A stretch of 64,000 nt of DNA, taken from positions 34,410,001 through 34,474,000 of the forward strand of contig OX597838.1 of the NCBI GenBank assembly GCA_951406725.2, given 5' to 3'. A program made the translations under genes and the position numbers. The notes under the pieces are model-generated. The model was not told where the DNA came from. It made no database searches and saw only the letters and a program-made list of their open reading frames with translations. Source of the DNA: Octopus vulgaris (lineage: Eukaryota). Of the stretch, positions 12,090 to 24,893 are shown in pieces (positions within the stretch are counted from its first letter, which is position 1; every line of letters begins with the position of its first letter).

Positions 12090-12323
12090 TATTTCTTTAC
12101 TGCCCACAAGGGGCTAAACACAGAACGGACAAACAAGGAAAGACAAACAGATTAAGTCGATTACATCATCCCCTGAGCGTAACAGGTACTTAATTTATCG
12201 ACCCCGAAAGGATGAAAGGCAAAGTCGACCTCGGCGGAATTTGAAACCAGAACATAACGGCAGACAAAATATTGCTAAGCATTTCGCCCAGCGTGCTAAC
12301 ATTTCTGCCAGCTCGCCGCCTTA
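12090..12323 (-). mobile_element. Meta-domain-type SINE family B, nested in a family A MITE
   Basis: AAGGCGGCGAGCTGGCAGAA head, GTCGACTTTGCCTTTCATCCTTTCGGGGTCGATAAATTAAGTACC core (MetaSINE/Sauria-like) and AAAGAAATA tail. Other copies near 22110, 29897, 31874, 40614, 46800, 53012, 54220, 57376 and 62025. Confidence 0.8.
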
Positions 12324-13599
12324 AAATAAATACGGTAATGAAAGGGTTAAATCAAATGCAACTTGATTATGATGTTGAAAACATAGTTTTTCAATGTCAT
12401 TGAAAGTAAAGTGGAAACAAGTCACATCGACAGAAATGTTCCTTGTACAATTAGATGTCAATAACCATCACATTCCTGTGGCTGCTGACATCATACTCTC
12501 TCTTTTACTTGTTTCAGTCATTTGACTGCGGCCATGCTGGAGCACCGCCATTAGTTGAGCAACTCAACCCCGGGACCTTATTCTTTGTAAGCTCAGTACT
12601 TATTCTATCGGTCTCTTTTGCCAAACCACTAAGTGACGGAGACGTAAACACACCAGCATCGGTTGTCAAGCAATGCTAGGGGGACAAACACAGGCACACA
12701 AACATACATATATATATATGCATATATACGACAGGCTTCTTTCAGTTTCCATCTACCGAATCCACTCACAAGGCATTGGTCGGCCCAAGGCTATAGCAGA
12801 AGCCACTTGCCCAAGGTGCCACGCAGTGGGACTGAACCCGGAACCATGTGGTTGGTTAGCAAGCTACTTACCACACAGCCACTCCTGTGCCTACATGTCT
12901 CATCTTTGTGGAATTTTCCTGCAGATATGCTTATGCTGTGCTTGACTTAGTGTAACCATCATTGCATGACCAGGTGAGTCATGCTTTGTCGAACCTTTAA
13001 TTACTTCTCATGAAAATTAATATTGTGAAAGCTCCCTTAGTGCTTTAATTGTGAGGCCATGTGGATCGAGGTCACTTTTTGTCAAGCTTTGTCAAAGAGC
13101 CGTGTACTCTTTGCCATTACAAATCTGCGTTTGCTCACTTTATAACTCTTTTACTTGTTTCAGTCATTTGACTGCGGCCATGCTGGAGCACAGCATTTAG
13201 TCGAGCAAATCAACCCCAGGACTTATTCTATCGGTCTCTTTTGCCGAACCGTTAAGTTACGAGGACATAAACACACCAACATCGGTTGTCAAGCGATGTT
13301 GGGGAGACAAACACAGACACACAAATATATACACACACATACATATATATATGTATATACATATATATGACGGGCTTCTTTCAGTTTCTGTCTACCAAAT
13401 CCACTCACAAGGCTTTGGTCGGCCCGAGGCTACAGTTGAAGACACTTGCCCAAGGTGCCACGCAGTGGGACTGAACCCGGAACCATGTGGTTGGTAAGCA
13501 AGCTACTTGGCACACAGCCACTCCTACGCCTATGTTGACAATTCTAAAAAAGATTTTTCCAGGTGACAACTGGCTTGAATACGTTTTGTATTTTAGAAA

Positions 13600-14420
13600 T
13601 ATGGGTGGTTGTGAGAGAATAAAATGCAAAAACAGCCCCGAAGTCTTCTGCTGTATTTGTGGATGTTACACTTTGCCCAGGCAGCAAAACAAAATCACAG
13701 ATTTTGTGAAGAAATTTTACCTTGCTTTGGTTCGAAACTGGGTAATTAAGACAGATCCTAAACACCTCATATAGTGTGTAAAACGTGTTGGAACACCGAG
13801 ACAGTTCTTGTGAGAAAATTAAGGTTGGTGTGGTTGATGAGCTATAGATTAGGTGGATATTGCAGAATGAGCAGTTTTTGAAGACCATGTTTGGTAGTGA
13901 AAAAGAAGCATGGAATGCCTTTGCTGCAGTTGTGTCTTATTTCCTGGGAAACATCATCATCATCATCATTGTTCGACCGTGGTCGAGACAATGGAATTTA
14001 CCATGCTACGCCAGACTTCACGGTCCATCATAGCATTACGAAGGTCCTGTTGCTGGATGCCTGTATCCCTGGAGATTACATCAGGGTAGGAGAGTGTGCG
14101 CCCTCTGGTATTGCGAGTAGATGGCTTCCAGAGGAGAAGAGTAGAGATTACCTCTTTTTCAGCTCCTGGGAAACAGGAAGTCGTCAAATTATGAAGAACT
14201 TGTGCAGACCCTGTTAACCAGTTTTCGAGCACTGAGCTGCAACATGAGTGTAAAAGTGCACTTTCTGCACAGTCATCTGAACCACTCCCCAGAAAATCAT
14301 AAGGCAATAAGTGATGAGCAAGGAGAAAGATTCTACCGAGACATCGACACCATAGAGACAAGGCATGAAGGTAGGTGGAACACAAACATGATGGCTGACT
14401 ACTGCTGGTCTCTGTAAAGA
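13600..14420 (+). mobile_element. Chapaev-type (CMC superfamily) transposase pseudogene, internally deleted
   Basis: N-terminal CKNSPEVFCCICG motif and C-terminal NMSVKVHFLHSHL...AISDEQGERF...MMADYCWSL motif; interrupted by an RTE insertion. Confidence 0.8.
13954..14163 (-). mobile_element. 5'-truncated RTE-type LINE with a 12-bp TSD
   Basis: Encodes ...RGRTLSYPDVISRDTG...AMMDREVWRSMV, ends in (TGA)n, and is flanked by TCCTGGGAAACA at 13942-13953 and 14164-14175. Confidence 0.85.
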
Positions 14421-16019
14421 GAAAGTTCACTCCTTGTGTAGATGAAGCTCCAGTCTGACACAAATATCTATCTTGAGATATGTGATATAATTGTCAAACA
14501 ATAAAAAATACTCTCTCTCTTTACTCTTTTACTTGTTTTAGCGTCCGCTTTCCATGCTGGCATGGGTTGGACAGTGCAACTGGGGTCTGGGAAGCCAGAA
14601 GGCTGCACCAGGCCCAGTCTGATCTGGCAATGTTTCTATGGCTGGATGCCCTTCCTAACGCCAACCACTCCATGAGTGTAGTGGGTGCTTTTTATGTGCC
14701 AGACGAGGCTGGCAAACGGCCACGATCGGATGGTGCTTTTTACGTGCCACTGGCACAGAGATAATATTTTTCATTATTAAATGAATTACTTTATGAAGGT
14801 TCTGTCTCTAAATTCTATATACATATAATATATCGTGAAATTTGATTTAGTATTAATAAATTGAGTTTGCTCTCCCTTGTTGCCTTGGAATTTTATATTC
14901 CCTACTATTAATAATTATAAATTTTATTTATATACTTTATTATGATTATAGATAACCTGAGAATCTGCATTACTCAGTGTCAAAGATACTCAAGGCGGCT
15001 GAGTACTTATTGACAAGTTTCTCCAACTGAATAGGGTGCATGTGTGAGTACGTAGGAAAATTAAATTTTTTAACATCACAATTATCCATTTTCCAGCCTA
15101 ACTAAGAATAAACTGAAGATCGATCAATCAATATTTTTTATTGATAATTTAGGCATTACAGAGTTAAGCTGAAAGTAAGATACAATTATTTCACTTTAAT
15201 CTCTTATAATTTTTTAATCTTCTAGCATTCAGATTATTGTCAAATGCATTGTTTATTTATTCACACACTTTCTTATAGCTTGTAACTTCAAAATTTTGAT
15301 GATGTGGTTGTTCATTTCTAGAATGACATTGTAGGTTAGGTGTGAGAGGCTGGATCTGGCCAGTTTGAACATAAAACAGGTAGAATATTTGGGCCAGATA
15401 TAGCTGGTTTAAATGGTAAAGGGTGAATTATTAAAAAAATTATATATAAATGCAAATAAAAAAAACCAGGAAAAATAACTGAAGTCAAAGGGATGTACAC
15501 AGTGAATGTATTAGATTGATGCTCAGAGAAGGTTTAAGATAGAAAAAAAAAAAGGGGGGTGTGACTTTCTGAGCCTGGCTCTTCATCAGAAAGCGGAAAA
15601 GTGGAAAAAGTCTGGAGAGAAGATAAAGAATAGTCTGAGAAAAGCGTGTGTTGTTACATGGCTGAAAAATAATACACACACATACATACACAATGGGCTT
15701 CCATGAAATTTCCATCTACCAAATTCACTCACAAACCATTGGCCAGTCCAGGGTTCTATAGCAGAAGACATTTGGGCAACTGTCTTCTGCTATAGAAGAC
15801 ACTGGACAGTGAGATTGAACATGAAACCACATGGTTACAAAGCAAACTTCTTAACCACACAGCCATGCCTATGCCTGTAATTGTTCTATAATTATTTTGC
15901 AGGTTTCATACATTGTTATGAATTTATTCTGCTCCATGCATGGTCAGATGGTTTTGATCCATTGTTAAATGGTTGGATAGCTTTTGCAAATTTAAATAGT
16001 TCCAAGCAACAGGAGAATA

Positions 16020-16329
16020 TCTTTATATATATGAAATTGAAGTTGTGTGTGTGAGACTCTGTCTCCTCCGATTTAGATTCCTAACTACTCCCACATTTTG
16101 CGGTGCAGTTTAACCAAAAGCGGGTATCTTATAGTCATCATTCATATCGAGCCCTTCTGGGTATTAGCGCACGTCTGTGATGAGTCTACGATTTAAAAAA
16201 AAATTTACCATCATTTTCCCGCATTTTTTAATGATTTTTGCTTGGGTTATATAAAGGAAGTAACTCTCTAAAAATGCTTATATAGTTATTTCCCTTACAA
16301 ACCCGAGCAACGCCGGGCGATACTGCTAG
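16020..16329 (+). mobile_element. Non-autonomous Helitron
   Basis: 5' TC, 3' hairpin CCCGAGCAACGCCGGG followed by CTAG, and an A|T insertion site. Confidence 0.85.
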
Positions 16330-16889
16330 TATATTTTAAAATAGGGACGGAGGATGAGAGTACTTCTCAAAAGCCAACCAATTGTCTGTAGGGAGGGAAA
16401 TGTAAAATATAGAGGTGGCGATGATGATGTCATCATCATCATGTTTTATTTTCATTCTTTAGTTTCGGTAGTTTGACTGCGGCAAGGATTCTGGTTTATT
16501 TTTTCGGTTTTTTTACTTAATTTTTGAGAGCAGTCAGGTTCATTTTTAGTATTCTTGTTTGTGAGAACAGTCAAGTTTATTTCAGATATTCTCATTTTAA
16601 AAATCATCTCTGGCTAGTCGTTGAGAGGATGCTGGTGTTGCCTTGGCGGAGGTTTGCATTTCTGAGTGCCCTTGTTCATATTGTCTTGAATTAATCATTA
16701 ATTTTCTTATAAGCAATCAAATCATAAAAATTTCAAAGCTATGAGATATGGTTGCTATTTCAAGCAATCTGTTGTTGTGTAGCCTGAAGTCAGCATTGAC
16801 TGCGTAGACCAAGAATTAAAAGGGTTCCACTCACAACCATCCCATCTTTGTAGCGATGAATCTCCACTACAGCAGTACACCTGTCTCTG

Positions 16890-17392
16890 ACCTCATTCTT
16901 GATCTTCTCCTTATCTCCTCAAAGACATACATCATCTCGAAAGAGTCCAGAAGCTGGCTACCCGCATGGTTCTTGGTTTCAAGCATTTGTCTTATGAAGA
17001 AAGACTGAAGACGCTCAACCGTTATTCTCTAGAAAAACGACGACGCCGTGGTGATCTCATTCTCGCTCACAACATCATAAGCGGAAAGTGTAACCTCTCG
17101 AAAGAGCTGTTCTTCACTCCTGCTCCAGAGCGTCGGCTGCGGGGTCACTCCAAAAAGCTCTATCTGTGACGATTTCATCTCAATCGAAGGAGAGGGGCTT
17201 TCTCCGTCCGGGTTGCAGATCCGTGGAATAAGCTGCCGGACGAGATAGTGAAGATGCCGACGACTGCTCAGTTCAAAGTCTCTCTTGACCAGAAATGGCC
17301 TGAACTCTTTGCATGAACACCACCCTGTACATAACTCCATGTCCCCCTACATGGCCTTGCTTTTGCTCTTTGAGCCAAAAAATTAACTTAAC
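16890..17392 (+). mobile_element. CR1-clade LINE 3' fragment
   Basis: Reads LERVQKLATRMVLGFKHLSYEERLKTL...RGDLI...FSVRVADPWNKLP, with one in-frame stop. Confidence 0.85.
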
Positions 17393-19709
17393 ACTCTCTC
17401 TCCCCTTCTCTTGCTCTTCCCTCTGGTTAGGTAACCAAGTATCTCCTTTACAACAACACACCTGTTCCTGTCCTTCCTTCCTTGTTACCTCTCTCTCTCT
17501 CTGGCTGGGTAATCATGTACATCCTCTATAGCAAGACACCTGTTTCTACCTTTTTCTCTCTCTGTCACATTCTAACCTTTCATCATCTGACACAAGATCA
17601 CTTCCTCCAATACTCCTTCCTTTTTCAAAAATTCCTTGTCTTGTAAGTTACTCGGTGATCCTGACAGTGCAGGTGCCACATAAAAAGCATCCAGTACACA
17701 CTGTAAAGTGGTTGGTATTTGGAAGGGCATCCAGATGTAAAAACTATGCCAAAACTGACCTTGCCTGTGCTGGTGCCATATAAAAAGCACTCAGTCCACT
17801 CTGCAGGATAGTTGGTATTTGGAAGGGCATCCAGATGTAAAAACTTGCCAAAACTGACCTTGCCTGTGCTGGTGCTACATAAAAAGCACTCAGTCCACTC
17901 TGCAGGGTGGTTGGTGTTAGGAAGGGCATCCAGCTGTAAAAACAGACACAAGACTTGTGTAGTCTACCTGGCTGGCTGGCTCCTCTCAAACCATCCAACT
18001 CATGCCAGCATGGAAGGCGGATGTTAAAGAATAATGATGATGATGATGGCATTATCCAAGGTCTCCAAATTTTAAGTTGGTTGGATATGATGAGAGAGAG
18101 AAACTCGGCTGCTGTTTCTAGCAGGTCAAGCAGCATCCATGTAGAGAACCGGCTAAAAATGGTAGCTATAATTACCAAAGCTGTCTGCGTAGGTTGTTAT
18201 GTAGTCCTAGATTACCTTGGATTGAGGCAACCAGTAAGCAAATATATTCAAGCCATGACTGTCCTGTCATTTTGCATTACATTCAACATTACACAAACCA
18301 ACATGGGCTTCATTGTTTTTAACCCTTTCCTTACTGTATTTATTTTGAGATGCTCTGTGTTTCTTTCAATTAATCTTAAATATAACTAAGAATTTAGTAA
18401 AATAACTTAGTTACCATTAACCCTTTCGTTACCAACCTGGCTAAAACCGGCTTTGACTCTGTAGTATAAATGTCTTCTTTTCATAAGTTTGCAATTAAAA
18501 TCTTCCACTAAATCTTAGTCACAATTTATGTTCTGAACACTAGCTGAATGATAACTAAGTTATTTTACTAAATTCTTTGTTATATCTAAAATTAATTGAA
18601 AGAAACACAGATCATCTCAAAATAAATATGGTAGCAAAAGGATTAAGCTAGTGTTGGGAACATAAATTGTGACTAAGTTTTGGTGGAAGATTTTAATTCA
18701 AAACTTATGGAAACAAGACATTTGTGCTACAGAGCCAGAGGCAGTTTCAGTCAGCTTGGTATCAAAAAGGCTAAGGCAGTAGGGTGTAATTTGAGGGAGA
18801 TTTGACTGCTAGTTTTAGCAGGTAGGGGCTCCTTCACGAGCTGTACAAGCTTTAAAATAACTACTAGAATTCTGTGCACACTTTCAATAAAAGCTTTGTA
18901 CTGTCTGTCATATGTAAGAAATCATGCTGTAATAATACAATAGTCTGTGTACCCTATTAACCCTCATTGTAAAGAGGAAAAATGAAGTAGAACGGCTGGA
19001 AGAATGGGAATATAGGTCAGACTAGTGTGGTTAATATGAGCTTGAAGGTGAGGAACAGAGAGGAACAAAAGTTATAGTGTGAGGAAGTCATAATACAGAT
19101 GACAAGCAGAGGTTTAGCAGGTTAGAGAATAGCTAAAGATATTGGTTTCCAAATTTGGCATAAGTCCAGCAAGTTCGGAGGTAGGGGCGGGGGGAAGTTG
19201 ATTACATCAATCCCAGTCCTCAACTGGTACTTATGTCATTGAACACCCCCCACCCCACTCCCGAAAGGGTGCAAAAGCAAAGTTGACCTTGGCAGAATTT
19301 GAACTCAGAATGTAAAGACCGACGAAATGCTGTTAAACATTTTGCCTGGTGTGCTATCAATTTTGTTGGCTCACCGCCCTTCAGAACAGCTAAAAATATC
19401 ATTTTGAATTTTGGCACAAAGCCAGCAATTTTAGAGGAAGGAGTTAGTTAGCTGATACCACAGAGTTCTGTGTTGGAGTGGTACTATATTTTATTGACCC
19501 CGGAAGGATGGGAAGAAAAGTTGACTCCAGTAGAATTTCAACTCAGAAAGTAAAGAGCAGGACAAAACGTAAAACAGGATTTGGAAATTGTCTTAACAAA
19601 AGTTGTCAAAAAGTACAAATGGGTTTCTTTAATACAATACGAGATGCAAATGATTGAGAAACTTGAAAGAATTTTAAATATTTACTTCACTTTTTGGCAT
19701 TTAAAACAG

Positions 19710-22110
19710 CCATCATCATTATCATCGTTTAACGTCTGCTTTCCATGCTGGTATGGGTTGGATGGTTTGACTGAGGACTGGCAAGCCAGGAGACTGCACC
19801 AGGCTCCAATCTGATCTGGCAAAGTTTCTACAGCTGGGTGCCCTTCCTAAAGCCAACCACTCTGAGAGTGCAGTGGGTGTGTTTTATGTGCCACTAGTAT
19901 CAGCCATGCTCAAATGGTGCTTTTTATGTGCCACCAAGATGGATGCCAGTCAGGTGGCACTGGCATCAGCCACGCTCAAATGGTGCTTTTTACATACCAC
20001 CCACAAGAGTGCCAGTTAGGTGGCACTGGCATTGGCCACAACTATGATTTCACTTGGTTCAAAAGGTCTTCACAAGCATGATATATTTCCTGACGACTGA
20101 AGGGTGCTTTTAAATGCGCCAGTTATGCAACATTAGCATTGGCCATGACTATGATCTCACTTGGCTTGCTGAGTCTTCTCAAGCATGGCGTATCTTCAAA
20201 GTTCTCAGTCCCTTATCATTGCCTCTCAAAGGCCCAACATTTGAAGGTTGTGCTTCACCACCTCATCCCATGTCTTCCTAGGTTTACCTCTTCCATAGGT
20301 TCCCTCCACTGTTAGGGTGTGACACAGCTGTTCACATCCATATGCATCACATGACCATACCTGCACAGTTGTCTCTCATGCACACCACATCTGATGCTTC
20401 TCATGTCCAACTTTTCTCTCAGGGTACTTACACTTTCTCAGGTATGTACACTGACACAGCACATCCAGCGGAGCATACTAGCTTCATTTCTTTCAAGCCT
20501 ACACATGTCATCAGCAGTCACAGCCCATGTAGCATGGCTGTTTGCACAGGCATTATACAGTCTACCTTTCATTTAAGCAAGAGGCCTCTTGTTACCAGCA
20601 GATGTAGGAGCTCTCTGAACTTTGCCCATATGCTTATTCTAGCAGCTATGCTCTGAGCATCCACCCCTGCTACTGACTTGGTCACCTAGCTAACAGAAGC
20701 TATCAACTACTTCTAGTTTCTCCCCCTGGCATGTGATGGAATCTGCTTTCTGTTCATCGTCAGTGTTTATTGCCCCTGTGCATCTGCCACACACAAAAAC
20801 TATCCTCCCAGTTAACCTTCCTTTGATATTGCTGCACCTCTTATGTGTCCATAGCTTATACTGGGTACATCTTATGGAGTTTCTACCTATGCCTTTTCTA
20901 CAGATTGACAAGGGCCATCTACCAGAAGTAATTTGTGATTTGTCCACCTTCCTACTTACTTAGACTTTGGTTTTGCTAGGTTGACTCTAAGGTTCTTCAA
21001 TTCTACACCTTGCTTCCACACCTGAAACTTCTCTAGTTCTGGTAGTGACTCAGCTATTAAAGCAAGGTCATCAGCATAGACCTCCCGGGGAAAGCCTGTC
21101 TTGAATTCCTCTATTATTGCCTGGAGGACTATGATGAACAAGAGGGGACTGAGGACTGATCCTTGGTGAACCCCTACTTCTACCCAGAATTCTTCGCTTT
21201 AGTCATTGCCAACCCTCACCTTTCTGACAGCATCCCTGTACATGGCATGTACAGCTTTCACCAACCACTCATCTATCTTTAGTTTCCATATTGACCACCA
21301 GGGATCAGGGGACCCTGTCAAAGGCTTTCAGGCTTTCTCTATGTCAACAAAAGTCAAGTACAGAGGTTTATCTTTGGCTAGGAATTTCTCCTGCAGCTGT
21401 CTTACCAGAAATATAGCATCAGCAGTGCTTCTCCCTGGCACAAACCCAAACTGCATCTCATCTAAACTAACTCTCTCCCTAATTAGTTGGACAATAACCC
21501 TCTCCGTGACTTTCAGTGCCTGATCCAGCAATCTGATACTTCTGTAATTATTTCTAATACATCACTTTTACCTTTGTAGCAGCTGACTATGTTGCTGCTA
21601 CACCAGTCATTGGGTATGACCTGATTAACTAGACTATAGCCTACACCACCAGATAATTTAAGCATCTCAGCAGTGATCCCTGATGGGCCAAGGTCTTTCT
21701 GTGTCTTCATACCCTTAATTGCTTTATCTACCAAAGTACTGTCAATTCGAATAGCTGGTCCCTCTGCTGGGTTGACATTTGGCAGACTCTCTTTCTCTCA
21801 TTCATTCTCTTCATTTAGCAATCTTTCATAGTGGCATCTCCAAGCCTTCCTCTTTGCAGCCTCATTAAATGCAAGTGCGCCATCATCCATGCAAACACAT
21901 TTCTCTCCTGATATCGCAATTTTCTCTCACACACACACTCTTGCAATTCAAAACCCTTCAAGTCTCTGGTCCTCACAATGCAAAGCATTGGCAAATTTTC
22001 TCTTATCCACTTCCCCTCTGGCTAAGTAAACCTGTTTCCTAGCTTCCTTTCAGTCAATCTCATACAGTTTCCTGCTACCACTACATTTCCAGTCCTTCTA
22101 TCCCTGTTTC
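19710..22110 (-). mobile_element. RTE-clade LINE, 5'-truncated and degraded (RT plus Cys/His finger plus 3' UTR)
   Basis: RT motifs EMQFGFVPGRSTADAIF...VDIEKA, GVHQGSVLSPLLF and YADDLAL; a downstream SICRKGIGRNSIRCTQ.KLWTHKRCS...CGRC finger; (GAT)n tail near 19710. Confidence 0.9.
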
Positions 22111-24815
22111 TTATTTCTTTACTGCCCACAAGGGGCTGCACACAGAGGTGACAAACGGATTAAGTCGATTACATTGACCCCAGTGTGTAACTGGTACTTA
22201 ATTTATCGATCTCGAAAGGATGAAAGGCAAAGTTGACCTTGGCGAAATTTGAACTCAGAACGTAGTGGCCCGTACACTCTGTAAAGAGCTTGGCATTAGG
22301 AAGGGCATCCAGTCACAAAAACCATGCCAAAACAGACAAATGGAGCCTGGCCAGCTGCCCAACTTCTGTCAAACCGTCCAACCTGTGCCAGCATGGAGAA
22401 TGGAAGTATGATGACGATGATGATAAATCCTGACGTATGTGTGTGTATAGAGTATCATCATCATCGTTTAACGTCCGCTTTCCATGCTAGCATGGGTTGG
22501 ACAATTTTGACTGAGGGCTAGCGAACCAGATGGCTGCACCAGGCTCCAATCGTGATCTGACAGAGTTTCTACAGCTGGATGCCCTTCCTAAAACCAGCCA
22601 CTCCGAGAGTCTAGTGGGTGCTTTTTACGTGTTACCGGCACGGGGGCCAGTCAGGAGGTACTGGCAATGACCTCGCTCGAATCTTTTTACACATGCCACC
22701 GGCACAGGTGCCAGTAAGGTGACGTTGGTAACGATCACACTCAAAAAGTGCCCTTTTTACGTGCCACCGGCACAGAAGCCAGTTGGCTGCTCTGGCAACG
22801 ATCACGCTTGGATGGTGCTCTTGGCACCCTACTAGCACGGGCACAAGTGCCTGTAAGGCGACGCTGGTAACGATCACACTTGAATGGTGCCCTTTTTTGT
22901 GCCACTGGCACGGAAGTATGTTTCTAGAATTAAGTAACTTGCGCATTATTGATTAAGAACAAGAAGTAGATTTACCTTTAAACAAACACTTGCATTTTAA
23001 TACTATTACACCTTATCAGAATACTTGGTTATCAGATAACATTACTGTATTCCTATTGGACAACGATCTCAAGCTGCTGGTTTCTGATTGGATAACATCA
23101 TCAGAATACTGGGTTCCTGGTAGGTATTGAGAGAGTTCTCACTAGTGTCAGACACTGATATAAAATGAGTTACGTTGGGCCTTTGAGAAGCAATGATAAG
23201 GGACTGAGAACTTTGAAGATACGCCACCTTTGAATGTTGGGCCTCGTGGAGGCGATGACAAGTGACTGAAACCATGGCAATACGCTTGTCAAGCTAAGTG
23301 AAACCGTAGTCATGGCTGTTGCCAGTGTTATGTAAACGGCACACATACCAGTGGCACATAGAAGCACCCATTACACTCTTGGAGTGGTTGGCATCAGGAA
23401 GGGCTGTAGAAACCATGCTAAATCAGACTAATATTCAATTGAACCAAATTCGATGACTGGCACCCGTGGCAGTGGAGTGCTAACAGCTCCATCCGAGCAG
23501 GATCGCTGTCAGGCTTCCGTGCCGGTGGCACGTAAAAAGCACCATTTGAACATGATCGTTACTGGCACTTGTGCCGGTGGTACGTGAACAAAACATTTGT
23601 CCGAGGTCGTTGCCAGTGCCGCTAGACTGACTCCTGTGCGGGTGGCATGTAAAGAACACCATTTGAGCGAGGCCATTGCCAGTAATGCCAGACTGGCCCT
23701 CGTGCTGGTGGCATATAAAAGCATCTACTACATTCGCGGAGTGGTTGGCGTTAGGAAGGGCATCCAGCTGTAGAAACTCTGCCAGATCAGATTGGAGCCT
23801 GGTGCAGCCATCTGGTTCGCCAGCCCTCAGTCAAATCGTCCAACCCATGCCAGCATGGAAAGCAGACGATGATGAACCTGTTACAGCTCTCTGACTTACC
23901 AGTTCCAGTCAAACTGTCTAACCCATGCCAGCATGGGAAGTGGACATTGAATGATGATGATGATGATGATAAAAAAATTCTGACATGCTATAGTTACCTG
24001 ACTACCGAGTTCCAAGCCTTTCTTTTTCATTACAATGTTTATATTATCTAGTTACATGACACTCCACAGCAACAGTTTTCGCACAAAGACAGAATTAGAA
24101 TTTGAATATATCCTAGCCATTAACATCTAACCCAACCATTCTACCTCTTTTATGTTCAAACAGACCAGATCTAACTTCTCACACATACTCTACAATGTCA
24201 TTGTAAGAAAAATTAACAATCACATCACTGAAATCTTGAAGTTAAGAGACAATGCATGATTAATTCAAAATGGTGCTCGTGGCATGTAAAAAGCACTCAG
24301 GCCTCTTCGATGACATTACTGGACTTTTGGGTATATACATTATCCGAAAGTTGTATTCCTATTGGACAACTATCTCAAGCTGCTGGTTTCTGATTGGATA
24401 ACATCATCAGAATACTGGGTTCCTGGTAGGTATTGTGAGAGTTCTCACTAGTGTCAGACACTGATACAAAATGAGTTACGTTGGGCCTTTGGGAGGCAAT
24501 GATAAGGGACTGAGAACTTTGAAGATACGCCATGAAGATACTTGTGCTCTGTAGAGTGGTTAGCATTAAGAAGGGCATCCAGTCATAAAAACCATGTCAA
24601 AACAGACCTTGCTGATGCCATGTAAAAAGCACTTAGGACACTCTGTAAGGTGGCTGACATTATGAAGAGCATCCAGCTGTAAAAACCATGCCAAAACAGG
24701 CAGTGAAGCCTATTGCAGTCTTCTGGCTTGCCAGCTCCTGTCAACCCGTCCAACCCATGCCAGCATGGAAAAAACAGACGTCGAATGATGATGAATGTGA
24801 ATGAATAATCATTAC

Positions 24816-24893
24816 GTTTGATAGTACTTCGACTGCTAAAAGACTGAGTAGAAAATAAAAATTGGAGTTTCAGAAAGTAGTGGCACTCCATGT
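24816..24893 (-). other. Candidate exon of the - strand transcript
   Basis: Acceptor ttcttttttaatAG and donor AAC|GTAATG. One frame is open (MECHYFLKLQFLFSTQSFSSRSTIK) but matches nothing I recognise. Confidence 0.3.

Noticed and set aside
23041-23175. H/ACA snoRNA in the duplicated hairpin-rich segment
   Set aside because: A 3' ACA follows a stem but there is no H box, and the segment is fused to LINE sequence.
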